Below, one piece after another: positions 34,780 through 43,730 of a DNA stretch of 64,000 bases. Within the stretch, counting starts at the first letter, position 1; each line of letters opens with the position of its first letter. The notes below the pieces were generated by a model. That model was not told the origin of the DNA, made no database searches, and saw only the letters and a list, made by a program, of their open reading frames with translations. Made by a program: the position numbers and the translations under genes. Origin of the DNA: a bacterium (GTDB taxonomy: Bacteria > Patescibacteriota > Patescibacteriia > SBBB01); NCBI GenBank assembly GCA_005239895.1, contig SBBB01000025.1:8980-72979 (forward strand). The letters are read 5' to 3'.

Positions 34780-35265
34780 TTGATTACATTAGATACTAGT
34801 GTTCAAATGGTAATATTGAAATTCAATCTACTTAGCATTGATCAAATACCATTTATTGCAACTTATTTAGATTTAAAACTAGAGAAAACTAAAAGTGAGC
34901 ACAGGGGTTCAAATAATTCACAAAGTGAGCACAGGGGTTCAAATAATTCGGACAGGATTGCTTCAGCTGAAGTAATTAATAACTGTTCGTTTGCGAGCTT
35001 TATTGAACAACTTGAAGCTGCTAGCTATACAATGACCCAGTCGTTTTATCATAAACGTCCGCATGCTAAACATTTGAATCGTAGCGGGTTTTACTATGCA
35101 GTAAGTTTTTTGTTTTATCGCAAAGACTTCGCGTACTTATCCTGTAAGTTTAATGAAAAATATTCTATTATCCGTGCAGGACTCCAAGACATGTGCACTA
35201 CAAGATTATGGAATGCCAAGATATTTCCAACTCTGTTTCGTAAAAACGGTCAGTTGTTTTTTTAA
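34780..35265 (+). CDS. Hypothetical protein (TTG start) containing an in-frame 30-bp tandem duplication.
   Basis: Promoter-like TTGACA..TATAGT and RBS AAGGAGGT upstream. The repeat AAAGTGAGCACAGGGGTTCAAATAATTC occurs twice at 34892-34951 and encodes SEHRGSNNS twice. The GC content is higher than the surrounding sequence. Confidence 0.3.
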   Translation: MITLDTSVQMVILKFNLLSIDQIPFIATYLDLKLEKTKSEHRGSNNSQSEHRGSNNSDRIASAEVINNCSFASFIEQLEAASYTMTQSFYHKRPHAKHLNRSGFYYAVSFLFYRKDFAYLSCKFNEKYSIIRAGLQDMCTTRLWNAKIFPTLFRKNGQLFF

Positions 35266-35633
35266 TCAGCGGGTTATAAATATACATAGTGGTTTATCTG
35301 TTGTGCTTGAGCCGAAGACTCAATCAATTATATCATCGCCAGGAGGCACAGATCATAATATGGTAGATAGCAACCAGACTCCGCTTCAAAAAATAAATTA
35401 CCTATCTATTATAAACGACAATGTTCAGTGCGTAGAAGTTTAATATTATAAAAATCATAAATCATATAAGGCCGATACGCGTGTTGCGTGTCGGCTTGTC
35501 TTGTTTATTTTTAAAATGAACATTACCGTGACAGTTCATCACGATCGAGATGAAGTGTCACACTATTTTGTTTTTAAATTGTTCGGTGGGGATAGTCTTT
35601 TATGTTACTGACTATCCCCTAGCTCGGTATTTT

Positions 35634-36095
35634 TTATATCGTATCTTCGCGTGGTGTTGACACGGCTCCAAATGCCAACATTAAGATCCTAATATTATTG
35701 CTCGAGTCAGTAAATTGCATATAGCTGTTTTGTGCTTTAAGCGCGGTTAAAACCTGCTCAATTTCATTTTCATTTTTACTGGTGAATAAAACATGATTGT
35801 TAGGGCACTCCACAACGCTTTCAGTGATAGTTTCTTCCCCTTTTTTGGTTACAAACTGTAAACTGGTCATGGTTGTGCCGTAGACCACATTCATTGTTTT
35901 TTCTAGTATCACGCTATTGGACATTTTGATGTAATCAAACGTGATCATATGATTAGGTAATTTATTGGTATATATTACCATAATCATTTGTTCAAAATTG
36001 AATGGTGACTCTATCCTTGTTCCATCTTGCAAATCAATAGCGAGCCTATGTCTTCGGTCATCTTCTCCTAATCTTTTTTCTGTCTTGTCAGTCAT
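35634..36095 (-). CDS. Hypothetical protein in the GC-richer segment.
   Basis: Clean 153-aa ORF with no recognisable motif. Confidence 0.3.
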   Translation of the reverse strand: MTDKTEKRLGEDDRRHRLAIDLQDGTRIESPFNFEQMIMVIYTNKLPNHMITFDYIKMSNSVILEKTMNVVYGTTMTSLQFVTKKGEETITESVVECPNNHVLFTSKNENEIEQVLTALKAQNSYMQFTDSSNNIRILMLAFGAVSTPREDTI

Positions 36096-36230
36096 TGTTT
36101 CCCCTCCTTATAAATGAATGATTAGACAATAATAGCTCGGTTGCCTACTGTCCTGCACAGCATGGCATAAAATATAGTGTTTGTCAACCCCGTTAGCAAC
36201 GGGGCTGAACTCAAATCAAAACACGCCCAT

Positions 36231-36261
36231 CAATGTTTGGCGGTCGAACCACCAAACATTG
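36231..36261. repeat. Palindrome CAATGTTTGGCGGTCGAACCACCAAACATTG, preceded by hairpin CCCCGTTAGCAACGGGG at 36187-36203.
   Basis: Member of the ATGTTTRG...CYAAACAT family. Confidence 0.7.
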
Positions 36262-36349
36262 GTTTTTCAAAAACAAGCTAGAGGCACTTAATTAAAACCA
36301 GAATCCCCTAACCAATTGTGTTGTTTTGGTTGGGGGGGTATAATATAAG

Positions 36350-37660
36350 TTATTTTTTGATGGTTACACGCAAAAGAAGAAAAGCTAAAATTACAATAAC
36401 GAGGGTTAATATCATTGGTAAAATATAAGGCGAGCGTTCAAGCAGTGGGACTTGTTTTTGTACGGGAGCAGTATAATTAGCATTATTTTCTAAAGGATAA
36501 ATAGCTGAGACATGGCTAAGACTTGCTATATTGGTGTATTGTAAAACCTTTTCAATATCTTTATATTCTGCTCTTCGGGCTGTAGGATTTCCAAGATAAG
36601 CATAATAGGTTTTATTAGGGCTAACATTAAATAATATTTTTCGTATTGTTCCTGAAAGCGTTGCTGTTTTAATATTTAAGGGTTTGTCATCTTTATTGAT
36701 AATTGTAGCTCGCAGGTAGCGACGATTTGATTCTGGATATTGAAAATTTAAATTATCTCCAGTAAATTGGGGCGTATTTATAGAAAAAATATAACCATTA
36801 CCAAGAAATTGCCAGTTAGTTTTATCTTCACTAGCGGACAAAACTACAAGTCTACTAAAATTTTTATCCTCAGTAGTAAAGCTTCCTTTTTTGTGCGGAA
36901 TACCATTTGCGCCCAAGTCTATAATTATTTCACTAACACGTTCTTTTGATTTTTGGACAGTTTCTATTTGAGGTTCATAAATTAATTCTTTAGCTACTTC
37001 AGTTGTTTGTTTAATTATGTATACACCATCAATTCTTAAAGGTTGCAATGGCCTAAGGCTACTAGTATATTCTTCTTTGCCTTGATCTGAAATTTTTATA
37101 GATAAATATCTGAGATTAGTTGCCGGATAAGTAATTGTAGTATCTTGCACTGATATGGGATTAATGTCCTCTACAGTATAATCAAATATTTGTCCGCGGG
37201 GATTTAAACTTTTCCAATAAGTTTTATCACTACTCCCCTGCACTTCTACTATGCGACGGAAATTTTTAGACAAGGTTTCAAGGGTTAAGGAATTATGCGT
37301 TAAATTTTCTTGACCTATGTCAACAATAACAGTTGTTGATTCTCCGGGTAGAGATTTTTGATCAATTATATTGGTTGGCGTTTTTGAAATTGTATGGCTA
37401 GACTGATCTATTAATAATGCGTAGGGTACTTCACCATCTTGATCTACAATCCGCAAATCATTCATATCAGTTCTAAGATTACCAAAAAATTCTGGCAATA
37501 TATCTAAAATAACTATACTGTCTGAAGTTATGGATTCAGTGTTGATTTTAGCTTTAAATTTCCACGCAGTTGGTACAAAATCAGCTTGCGCTAAATTTAT
37601 AGACGCAATAAACAAACTAATAAAAATAAAAAAAACAATTAATATTTTTTGATGTTTCAT
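36350..37660 (-). CDS. Secreted protein with a C-terminal hydrophobic anchor.
   Basis: N-terminal signal peptide; C-terminal LPMILTLVIVILAFLLLRVTIKK. Confidence 0.4.
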   Translation of the reverse strand: MKHQKILIVFFIFISLFIASINLAQADFVPTAWKFKAKINTESITSDSIVILDILPEFFGNLRTDMNDLRIVDQDGEVPYALLIDQSSHTISKTPTNIIDQKSLPGESTTVIVDIGQENLTHNSLTLETLSKNFRRIVEVQGSSDKTYWKSLNPRGQIFDYTVEDINPISVQDTTITYPATNLRYLSIKISDQGKEEYTSSLRPLQPLRIDGVYIIKQTTEVAKELIYEPQIETVQKSKERVSEIIIDLGANGIPHKKGSFTTEDKNFSRLVVLSASEDKTNWQFLGNGYIFSINTPQFTGDNLNFQYPESNRRYLRATIINKDDKPLNIKTATLSGTIRKILFNVSPNKTYYAYLGNPTARRAEYKDIEKVLQYTNIASLSHVSAIYPLENNANYTAPVQKQVPLLERSPYILPMILTLVIVILAFLLLRVTIKK

Positions 37661-37683
37661 ATTAAGCCTAAAAATTATGGATG

Positions 37684-39615
37684 TTACTTAGGATTGGATT
37701 GATTTAGTTTTTCTGGTTGTTCTGGATTTGATTTATCTTGACGGAAATAAAGGTATGAAATAATCATTAAAATGATACCCAGCACAATAGATGGAATTAT
37801 TCTGTATAGTACGGGTAATTCTGCTAAATCTACAAAGAACACTTTTAGTATCGCGATAACTAAAAGTCCTATCGCAAACCAGCGCAAAGGTTTGTTTGAA
37901 TATATAATCCCTATAATTATTAAAATAATCGCATAAAGTATCCAAAAAACAGAATAAGTTACTTGTTGTTTGTATCTAATATTTTCAATGGCAGTATTTG
38001 GTTGTAATTCTTTAATAATATCCCCTGGTAGTTCTTTGCCCATCTCTATATTTTTTATCATAGTGTCTATATCTTCTTTGTTTGTGTGGGTTGCTTGTTC
38101 AGCAACGTAAATTTTATATCTAAAGTATTGATGAAGATCAAACTGAATATTAAAGAATACTAATAAAATTATAATTGCTCCAAACACCCCTTGTAATTGT
38201 TTATTGTTCTTTGTTTCTAGCTCGTCTTTGTCGTCGGCTGGGTTTATTTTTACACTACTAAATAATATAAACGCGGCTGATATAGTTGCCATAAGATACG
38301 TAAAGAAGCGTTTGTTAAATACAGGTGTAAAATCAGTCAAGGCTTGAGGTGTTAAATTATAATCGTCAATTGCAAACATTCTGATCATGGCAATAGCATA
38401 AACTCCTATGGCAAAAGCTTTAATATTACTATTTTTGAGTGTTGATCCTAAAACAAATAGAACTGCAGCTTCAACAATCCAAGCTATAGTAATGGCGTTT
38501 TGATCTAATTGTAAAGGTATGGCTAAAGTTAAAAACACCAAAGCAATGGTTCCTAAAAATAAGACCATTTGTTTATCTTCGGAATGCAGGGTTTTAACTA
38601 AGTAGGCTGCAAAAATATATATAGCGCCAAGTCCAGCAGCTATAAAACCTAAAGTATGTTCATATCCCGGTTTTAAAAGATCGTAGATCCAGAGAGCAAA
38701 CCAAGCTGAATTAACAGTGAGTATGGCCAAATCTGTATTTGTGCTTAATTTTTGGGTCATGATATTTCCAGTCACAGTGATCCAAACATAAAGAATAAAA
38801 AATATAGATAAAATAAATATGGTAAAGAATAATTTACTGGGATCATAAAAATCTTCATGCCAGTCTAGAAAATTTACTATAGTAGCTATAAAACCAATCA
38901 CTGTGAGGTGGTTCCATTTTTTAAAAAACGCAACACCTAAAATACCTACATTTAAAATAATTAAATATGTAAATCGTCCAATATCATTAGCGACTGTGGT
39001 AGATAATATCAGGGGTGTCATAAAACCACCCAAGGTTGAAAAGATGGCAAGCGATAAAGCATCCACCCGTATGGCTAGAGCTACCCCAAATACAGTTATA
39101 AGTGACATAAAACTAAAAGCTGTTACTTGATCAATTTTTTTATACCAATCAAATGCTGAAAATGTAGCCAAATAAAGTAAAGCTATACCTACTCCAGTTA
39201 GAATATGTGAATATTTAGTTAAACGTGAACGTAAAAATTCTCCCAATACAATAAATATCATGCCAGCTATTATAGTAAGTATTATGCGACCATTTTCACT
39301 AATCCATTTTTCATCAAATGCATATTTTAAGAAAAATCCAACTCCAAGCAGAACAGCGATACCACCAATCGCAGCAAACCACCATTTACCAATTTTTGAT
39401 TCTAGGTCTTGAATCTTTTTTCTATCTTCGGGTGGTTTTGTGTCTTGAATTACTATAGGCGTTGATGTTTGTCTTAAGGGTGGAGGTGGTGGTGCTGTGA
39501 CAGTCACGGGTTTAATATAACTAAAACTATTGGAAAAACTAGGGCGATTTAGAGATTTTTCAATTGATGTTAAGCGGCTATTAATTTCATCTAATTTTTT
39601 TAAAATTTCATCCAT
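37684..39615 (-). CDS. Large polytopic membrane protein with an N-terminal coiled-coil and Pro-rich segment (DUF2339-like architecture).
   Basis: More than 12 predicted TM helices. The DUF2339 assignment rests on architecture only. Confidence 0.35.
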   Translation of the reverse strand: MDEILKKLDEINSRLTSIEKSLNRPSFSNSFSYIKPVTVTAPPPPPLRQTSTPIVIQDTKPPEDRKKIQDLESKIGKWWFAAIGGIAVLLGVGFFLKYAFDEKWISENGRIILTIIAGMIFIVLGEFLRSRLTKYSHILTGVGIALLYLATFSAFDWYKKIDQVTAFSFMSLITVFGVALAIRVDALSLAIFSTLGGFMTPLILSTTVANDIGRFTYLIILNVGILGVAFFKKWNHLTVIGFIATIVNFLDWHEDFYDPSKLFFTIFILSIFFILYVWITVTGNIMTQKLSTNTDLAILTVNSAWFALWIYDLLKPGYEHTLGFIAAGLGAIYIFAAYLVKTLHSEDKQMVLFLGTIALVFLTLAIPLQLDQNAITIAWIVEAAVLFVLGSTLKNSNIKAFAIGVYAIAMIRMFAIDDYNLTPQALTDFTPVFNKRFFTYLMATISAAFILFSSVKINPADDKDELETKNNKQLQGVFGAIIILLVFFNIQFDLHQYFRYKIYVAEQATHTNKEDIDTMIKNIEMGKELPGDIIKELQPNTAIENIRYKQQVTYSVFWILYAIILIIIGIIYSNKPLRWFAIGLLVIAILKVFFVDLAELPVLYRIIPSIVLGIILMIISYLYFRQDKSNPEQPEKLNQSNPK

Positions 39616-39633
39616 ATTTTTAAAGTTACGGGT

Positions 39634-40524
39634 TTAATTTTTTATTGCCTTAATGTTGTTATATATACAGAATAAATAAATTGTTATTAATGGAATAAAA
39701 AATAAATCAAGCATGAAATTAGTAATTACTTCAGCAGCTGGTATGTTTTCAAATAAAATAGGTGTAATCATTACGGGAATGAAAAATAAGAAGAATATAA
39801 AAAATAAACGCCCAAAAACTGCCCACCATTTACCTTTTATATATTCTTTGCTTTTTTGTAAAGCATTCATACCCTTTAAATCCTCTATTATAAAAACAAA
39901 TATTGTCAAGCTATACCAAACAGAAAAAATTATACCTGGAATAATAAACAGCAAAAATCCCAGCACCGTAATCAATCCTTGTAAAAAAATAACCCACGAA
40001 TAAGGCAGTATTTTAGCCCAACTTCTACGGTATGCCTCTACGACACCAATTCCCTCTTGGTTGTCTTTTATAGCGTAAAGTAGTGCTATTTGACTCCATA
40101 CGGAAATTATAGCAATGATTATAACCATTAAAATGATTAACGGAAGAGCAATTCCCGTCGCAAACATTGCGACTACGGACGAAGAACCGCTTTTTGCTAA
40201 TAAAGCTAAACTACCACCAGCTAATAGCAATAATAAACCAATAGAAACAACTAATGGAGCTGCGGCAATTCCCAAAAAGGTTTGCATCCTTTGTTTATAT
40301 AACAACCAAGATTGTTGTAAAATATCCATTGCTCCTGGCAAGACAGTTATATTTGTTTGAGCTGTTTGACTTTGCGAAACGACTGGATTAGAAAGCTCAG
40401 CAAAAGCCTCGTTAATATCACCTTCTTTCCATCCACTAGAAACAAGCGCACTTTTTATTTGCTCAGGACTAACACCGCTCTGTAATTGTTGGTTTATATA
40501 ATTTAATAACTCCTGATTAGGCAT
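39634..40524 (-). CDS. Polytopic membrane protein of unknown function.
   Basis: Soluble N-terminal ~50 aa followed by 6 or more TM helices. Confidence 0.35.
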   Translation of the reverse strand: MPNQELLNYINQQLQSGVSPEQIKSALVSSGWKEGDINEAFAELSNPVVSQSQTAQTNITVLPGAMDILQQSWLLYKQRMQTFLGIAAAPLVVSIGLLLLLAGGSLALLAKSGSSSVVAMFATGIALPLIILMVIIIAIISVWSQIALLYAIKDNQEGIGVVEAYRRSWAKILPYSWVIFLQGLITVLGFLLFIIPGIIFSVWYSLTIFVFIIEDLKGMNALQKSKEYIKGKWWAVFGRLFFIFFLFFIPVMITPILFENIPAAEVITNFMLDLFFIPLITIYLFCIYNNIKAIKN

Positions 40525-40532
40525 ATGTAAAT

Positions 40533-40940
40533 TTAAAAATTAACCGCTTTTTTAATATTATTATTGTCTTGAGCTTCGGTATAAAGATTATCTTTAATAT
40601 CCAGTTTTTGAAAAAAAATTTCAAAAATTTCAGTGCTGGTTTGAGTATTAAGATCTATCATATTCGGAGCGGCAAAAATAAAAGATTTACAAATTGTATC
40701 TCTAAGGCTTTCTGGTGTTTTATATTCTTGTAATTTATTAAATAACAATTCCAGGGCCTGGTTTAGTTTTTGAGAGTGTTTCGATTTGGAGAAGTTATTG
40801 CCGTTTAAATAGTCAGGCCTGTTTATAGTTTGTTTTTCTTCGGTCAATGGTTTCGGTTCTATTTTAGGGTTTAATCCGTCTTTAGGTTTTATTATTGCTT
40901 CGCGGGTAAACAAACCATCGCCTTCCCTACCTTTAAACAT
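40533..40940 (-). CDS. Hypothetical protein.
   Basis: ORF only. Confidence 0.25.
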   Translation of the reverse strand: MFKGREGDGLFTREAIIKPKDGLNPKIEPKPLTEEKQTINRPDYLNGNNFSKSKHSQKLNQALELLFNKLQEYKTPESLRDTICKSFIFAAPNMIDLNTQTSTEIFEIFFQKLDIKDNLYTEAQDNNNIKKAVNF

Positions 40941-41045
40941 ATAATTAATACTTGAAAGTTTAAATTATACTATTTTAAGTATAGCACATTACACATAAAG
41001 ATACAAGAAAGTTCACTTAGTAGCGAAACCACCAAGTGATAATGG

Positions 41046-42485
41046 TTATTCATTCAGTCCGTACCAATCAATTTTTCGTGATAAATACATAATGATGCTT
41101 AGGGTTAAAAACAGCAATAAACTTCCAGCCAATAATGCGTAGTCTTCTAACTGTAGTGTTATGTAAGTAAAAATATAAAGAAACATGAGTATCAAAAATT
41201 GAATCCAGAGCATTCTAGAATTTGCTAAAATATATTTGGAGTATAGCGTGATTAAGCTTACGGTTGACACACTGGCTATTAAATACGCCCAAGCAAAACC
41301 TAGTAATTCAGAAATTGAAATAAGTAACACGTAAAATAACACCAATACTAATCCAATTAAAATATATTGAATGGGGTGTATTTTTTTTCGATTAAACACT
41401 TCAACGAAAAACAATATTAAGAAAGTTAGAGAAATTATCAGTAAAGCATACTTAGCGCTTCTTTCAGTTTTAGCATAGCTATCAATTCCTGGTAAAAGTT
41501 TTACACCTAAAGCTGACGAATATACATTATAGGAATTGTCGGTCCAGAACTGCGGGTATCCCCTATTAAAATCAAAAATTTTCCAAGAAGCTTCAAAACC
41601 CTTATCAGTTATAGTGCGTGTATCAGGTAAAAAAGCTCCATCAAAACTGGGATTGTTCCAACTTGATTTCATATTTATTTTAGTAGTTTTTCCAATGGGG
41701 ATGAATTTTATATCTTGGCTTCCATTTAAGTTTATGGTAAATGAGAATTCATTATTTTTTATATTTTTTAAATTATCTGGTAGTTGAACGCTAATACCAT
41801 TCCCCTGTCCATCTCTTTTTGCTGGCACTGGACTTATATCTACAATATCAGCCGGTAATGTGTATCTTTCGTATTTGCTGTGCTCAAAAGAAGGGATATC
41901 ATAACCATAATTTGTATTATAATCATGCACCACATCGTTGGTTGGAATTCCAGGTTTAAATTCTAGATTTGAGTCATTCCAATTTAAACTTATTTTATCT
42001 TTAATACCCCTCGTATCAGAAATACCAACTGATACAAAAGCCTTATTCCAATCTAGGTCAGATTCTTGCAAGTTTACAACACTTGCATTTATTTCTGTAA
42101 ATTTTCCAGAAAAATTAATTTTAGAAGAATAAACCACAGCATCAAAAATTCCACGTGATCGTATTTGTGGTTCTAGAGTGACATTAATTAAAAGTTCTTC
42201 GGGTAAAAAATGGGCATATTTAGTTGCAGAAAAAACAGGTTTTGCATCTACAATATTTATAACCTGTTTATAAGGAATTGATAAAATTGGACCAACCACG
42301 GTTTGTCTTTGTCCCCATTGTTGGCTTATTTTAGATAGTGCTATTTCTTTTCTTGATTGCCTTTCATAAACTAGGTCTTTTACAAAATCAAGAGGAATTA
42401 ATAGTAAAAGTATCAATACCCCGACTACAATGATTCTAAAAGTAATAGAATATCTTAACCAATTTGTAAAATTTGTTTTATCCAT
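41046..42485 (-). CDS. CreD-like inner membrane protein.
   Basis: N-terminal TM helix; LLLLIPLDFV..VYERQSRKEIALSKISQQWGQRQTVVGPILSIPY matches the CreD N-terminus. Large periplasmic domain and a C-terminal TM bundle. Confidence 0.55.
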   Translation of the reverse strand: MDKTNFTNWLRYSITFRIIVVGVLILLLLIPLDFVKDLVYERQSRKEIALSKISQQWGQRQTVVGPILSIPYKQVINIVDAKPVFSATKYAHFLPEELLINVTLEPQIRSRGIFDAVVYSSKINFSGKFTEINASVVNLQESDLDWNKAFVSVGISDTRGIKDKISLNWNDSNLEFKPGIPTNDVVHDYNTNYGYDIPSFEHSKYERYTLPADIVDISPVPAKRDGQGNGISVQLPDNLKNIKNNEFSFTINLNGSQDIKFIPIGKTTKINMKSSWNNPSFDGAFLPDTRTITDKGFEASWKIFDFNRGYPQFWTDNSYNVYSSALGVKLLPGIDSYAKTERSAKYALLIISLTFLILFFVEVFNRKKIHPIQYILIGLVLVLFYVLLISISELLGFAWAYLIASVSTVSLITLYSKYILANSRMLWIQFLILMFLYIFTYITLQLEDYALLAGSLLLFLTLSIIMYLSRKIDWYGLNE

Positions 42486-42665
42486 AAAATATTAGTTTGA
42501 AAAGTTATTAAGTTTGTAAAGTAATAAAGTGATTATTTTTGTAAAAACAGTATTTCCTCCTAAAGAAGATATCATAAAATAGCAGAATTAGTCAATATCA
42601 AAGCAGGGGTAGAAAGTTATAATTTTCTACTTTTAAACTTTAAAACCTTGTAAACTATTTCTCAG

Positions 42666-42737
42666 TCGGGCTAGTGGGAGTCGAACCCACTGTCACACCC
42701 ACCCCAAGGGCGTATGTTGCCGATACACTATAGCCCG
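42666..42737 (-). tRNA. tRNA-Pro (anticodon GGG).
   Basis: Minus-strand read CGGGCTATAGTGTATCGGCAACATACGCCCTTGGGGTGGGTGTGACAGTGGGTTCGACTCCCACTAGCCCGA. Anticodon loop TTGGGGT with G37. An extra 5' G precedes it. Confidence 0.7.
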
Positions 42738-42743
42738 CTATTG

Positions 42744-42815
42744 AGGCCTGGATGGGAATTGCACCCATGTATAAGAGTTTTGCAGACTCCTGCCTTACTA
42801 CTTGGCTACCAGGCC
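42744..42815 (-). tRNA. tRNA-Cys (anticodon GCA).
   Basis: Minus-strand read GGCCTGGTAGCCAAGTAGTAAGGCAGGAGTCTGCAAAACTCTTATACATGGGTGCAATTCCCATCCAGGCCT. Anticodon loop CTGCAAA; U73 discriminator as expected for Cys. Confidence 0.7.
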
Positions 42816-42825
42816 GTAATTAAAA

Positions 42826-42862
42826 CAATGTAGCTGGACGCGCGATAAATCTTAACGTCCAG
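42826..42862 (-). terminator. Hairpin GCTGGACG...CGTCCAGC downstream of the 42885 gene and upstream of tRNA-Cys.
   Basis: 8-bp stem seen directly. Confidence 0.4.
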
Positions 42863-42884
42863 CCTGGATAATTTTATTTTAAAT

Positions 42885-43655
42885 TCACTTATTAAACAAC
42901 AGGGGCGAAAATAATACTAAAGCACACATAACAATACCAAAAATTAAAGCCACAAAAGCCAAAGAAAACGGATATTTTAAGTTCCACCATCTTTGGTTTC
43001 GGCGTTCTTCTTTTTTTAGAATAGCTTGAACTCTGAACTTTTTGTGCATTAAACTATGTTTGATACGTTGTTGTACATTCCATAGTACCAGATCTTGTTG
43101 GATATCATTCAAGGATGTGATTGTTACATCTAGTGGATTCATACGCCACTTTTTTACAGTTGAAAACATGGCTTTTATGATTTCTGTGAGTTTGAATTGT
43201 TCAGTTTTTCCAATTAAACACAATCTTTGATTTATATCTCTAATATTTTGTCCCCTTTTTAGAGAGCTAGAAACATAACGCAAATAGGTTTGAAATAACT
43301 GAGATTTTTGCTCCTCACTACTGCCGGACAATTCTAGCACAGATGTTAAAATGTGCATGAGTTGCTTTTTCTCATCCGGTGTTAAGGAATTGTTTTGTTC
43401 TAAAACCCTATCAATATCATTCCCATTTAATTTTTCTGCTTTAGAGGTCTGCTTAGATATAGACAACAGCACTTCCAGTGCATAGATTGTTTGATTGTCT
43501 TCTTGGTTAAGCGTGTTTTTTAATTTTGTAACTAATGCGTCGTATAAACCAGCGCGTTGTTTACTCCCTGATGCTTCCCGGGGTCTATACTCTCGCAATA
43601 CCAAATCTGGTACAAAAGCCGTTACCAGATGAATTATCCATTCTCCAAATGTCAT
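42885..43655 (-). CDS. Hypothetical protein with a C-terminal TM anchor.
   Basis: ORF; C-terminal FSLAFVALIFGIVMCALVLFSPLLF. Confidence 0.3.
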   Translation of the reverse strand: MTFGEWIIHLVTAFVPDLVLREYRPREASGSKQRAGLYDALVTKLKNTLNQEDNQTIYALEVLLSISKQTSKAEKLNGNDIDRVLEQNNSLTPDEKKQLMHILTSVLELSGSSEEQKSQLFQTYLRYVSSSLKRGQNIRDINQRLCLIGKTEQFKLTEIIKAMFSTVKKWRMNPLDVTITSLNDIQQDLVLWNVQQRIKHSLMHKKFRVQAILKKEERRNQRWWNLKYPFSLAFVALIFGIVMCALVLFSPLLFNK

Positions 43656-43730
43656 GACATCCTCCCTGTTTTAGTTGTGAAACGATTACTATATCCTAGC
43701 ATTAATATTTACAATAGAAAAGAGGTATAT

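Noticed and set aside
35153-35443. Independent gene overlapping the 34780-35265 ORF.
   Set aside because: Two frames overlap by ~110 bp in a compositionally atypical segment. Which frame, if either, is real cannot be decided from sequence. It may be a frameshifted single gene, so only the upstream ORF is listed, at low confidence.
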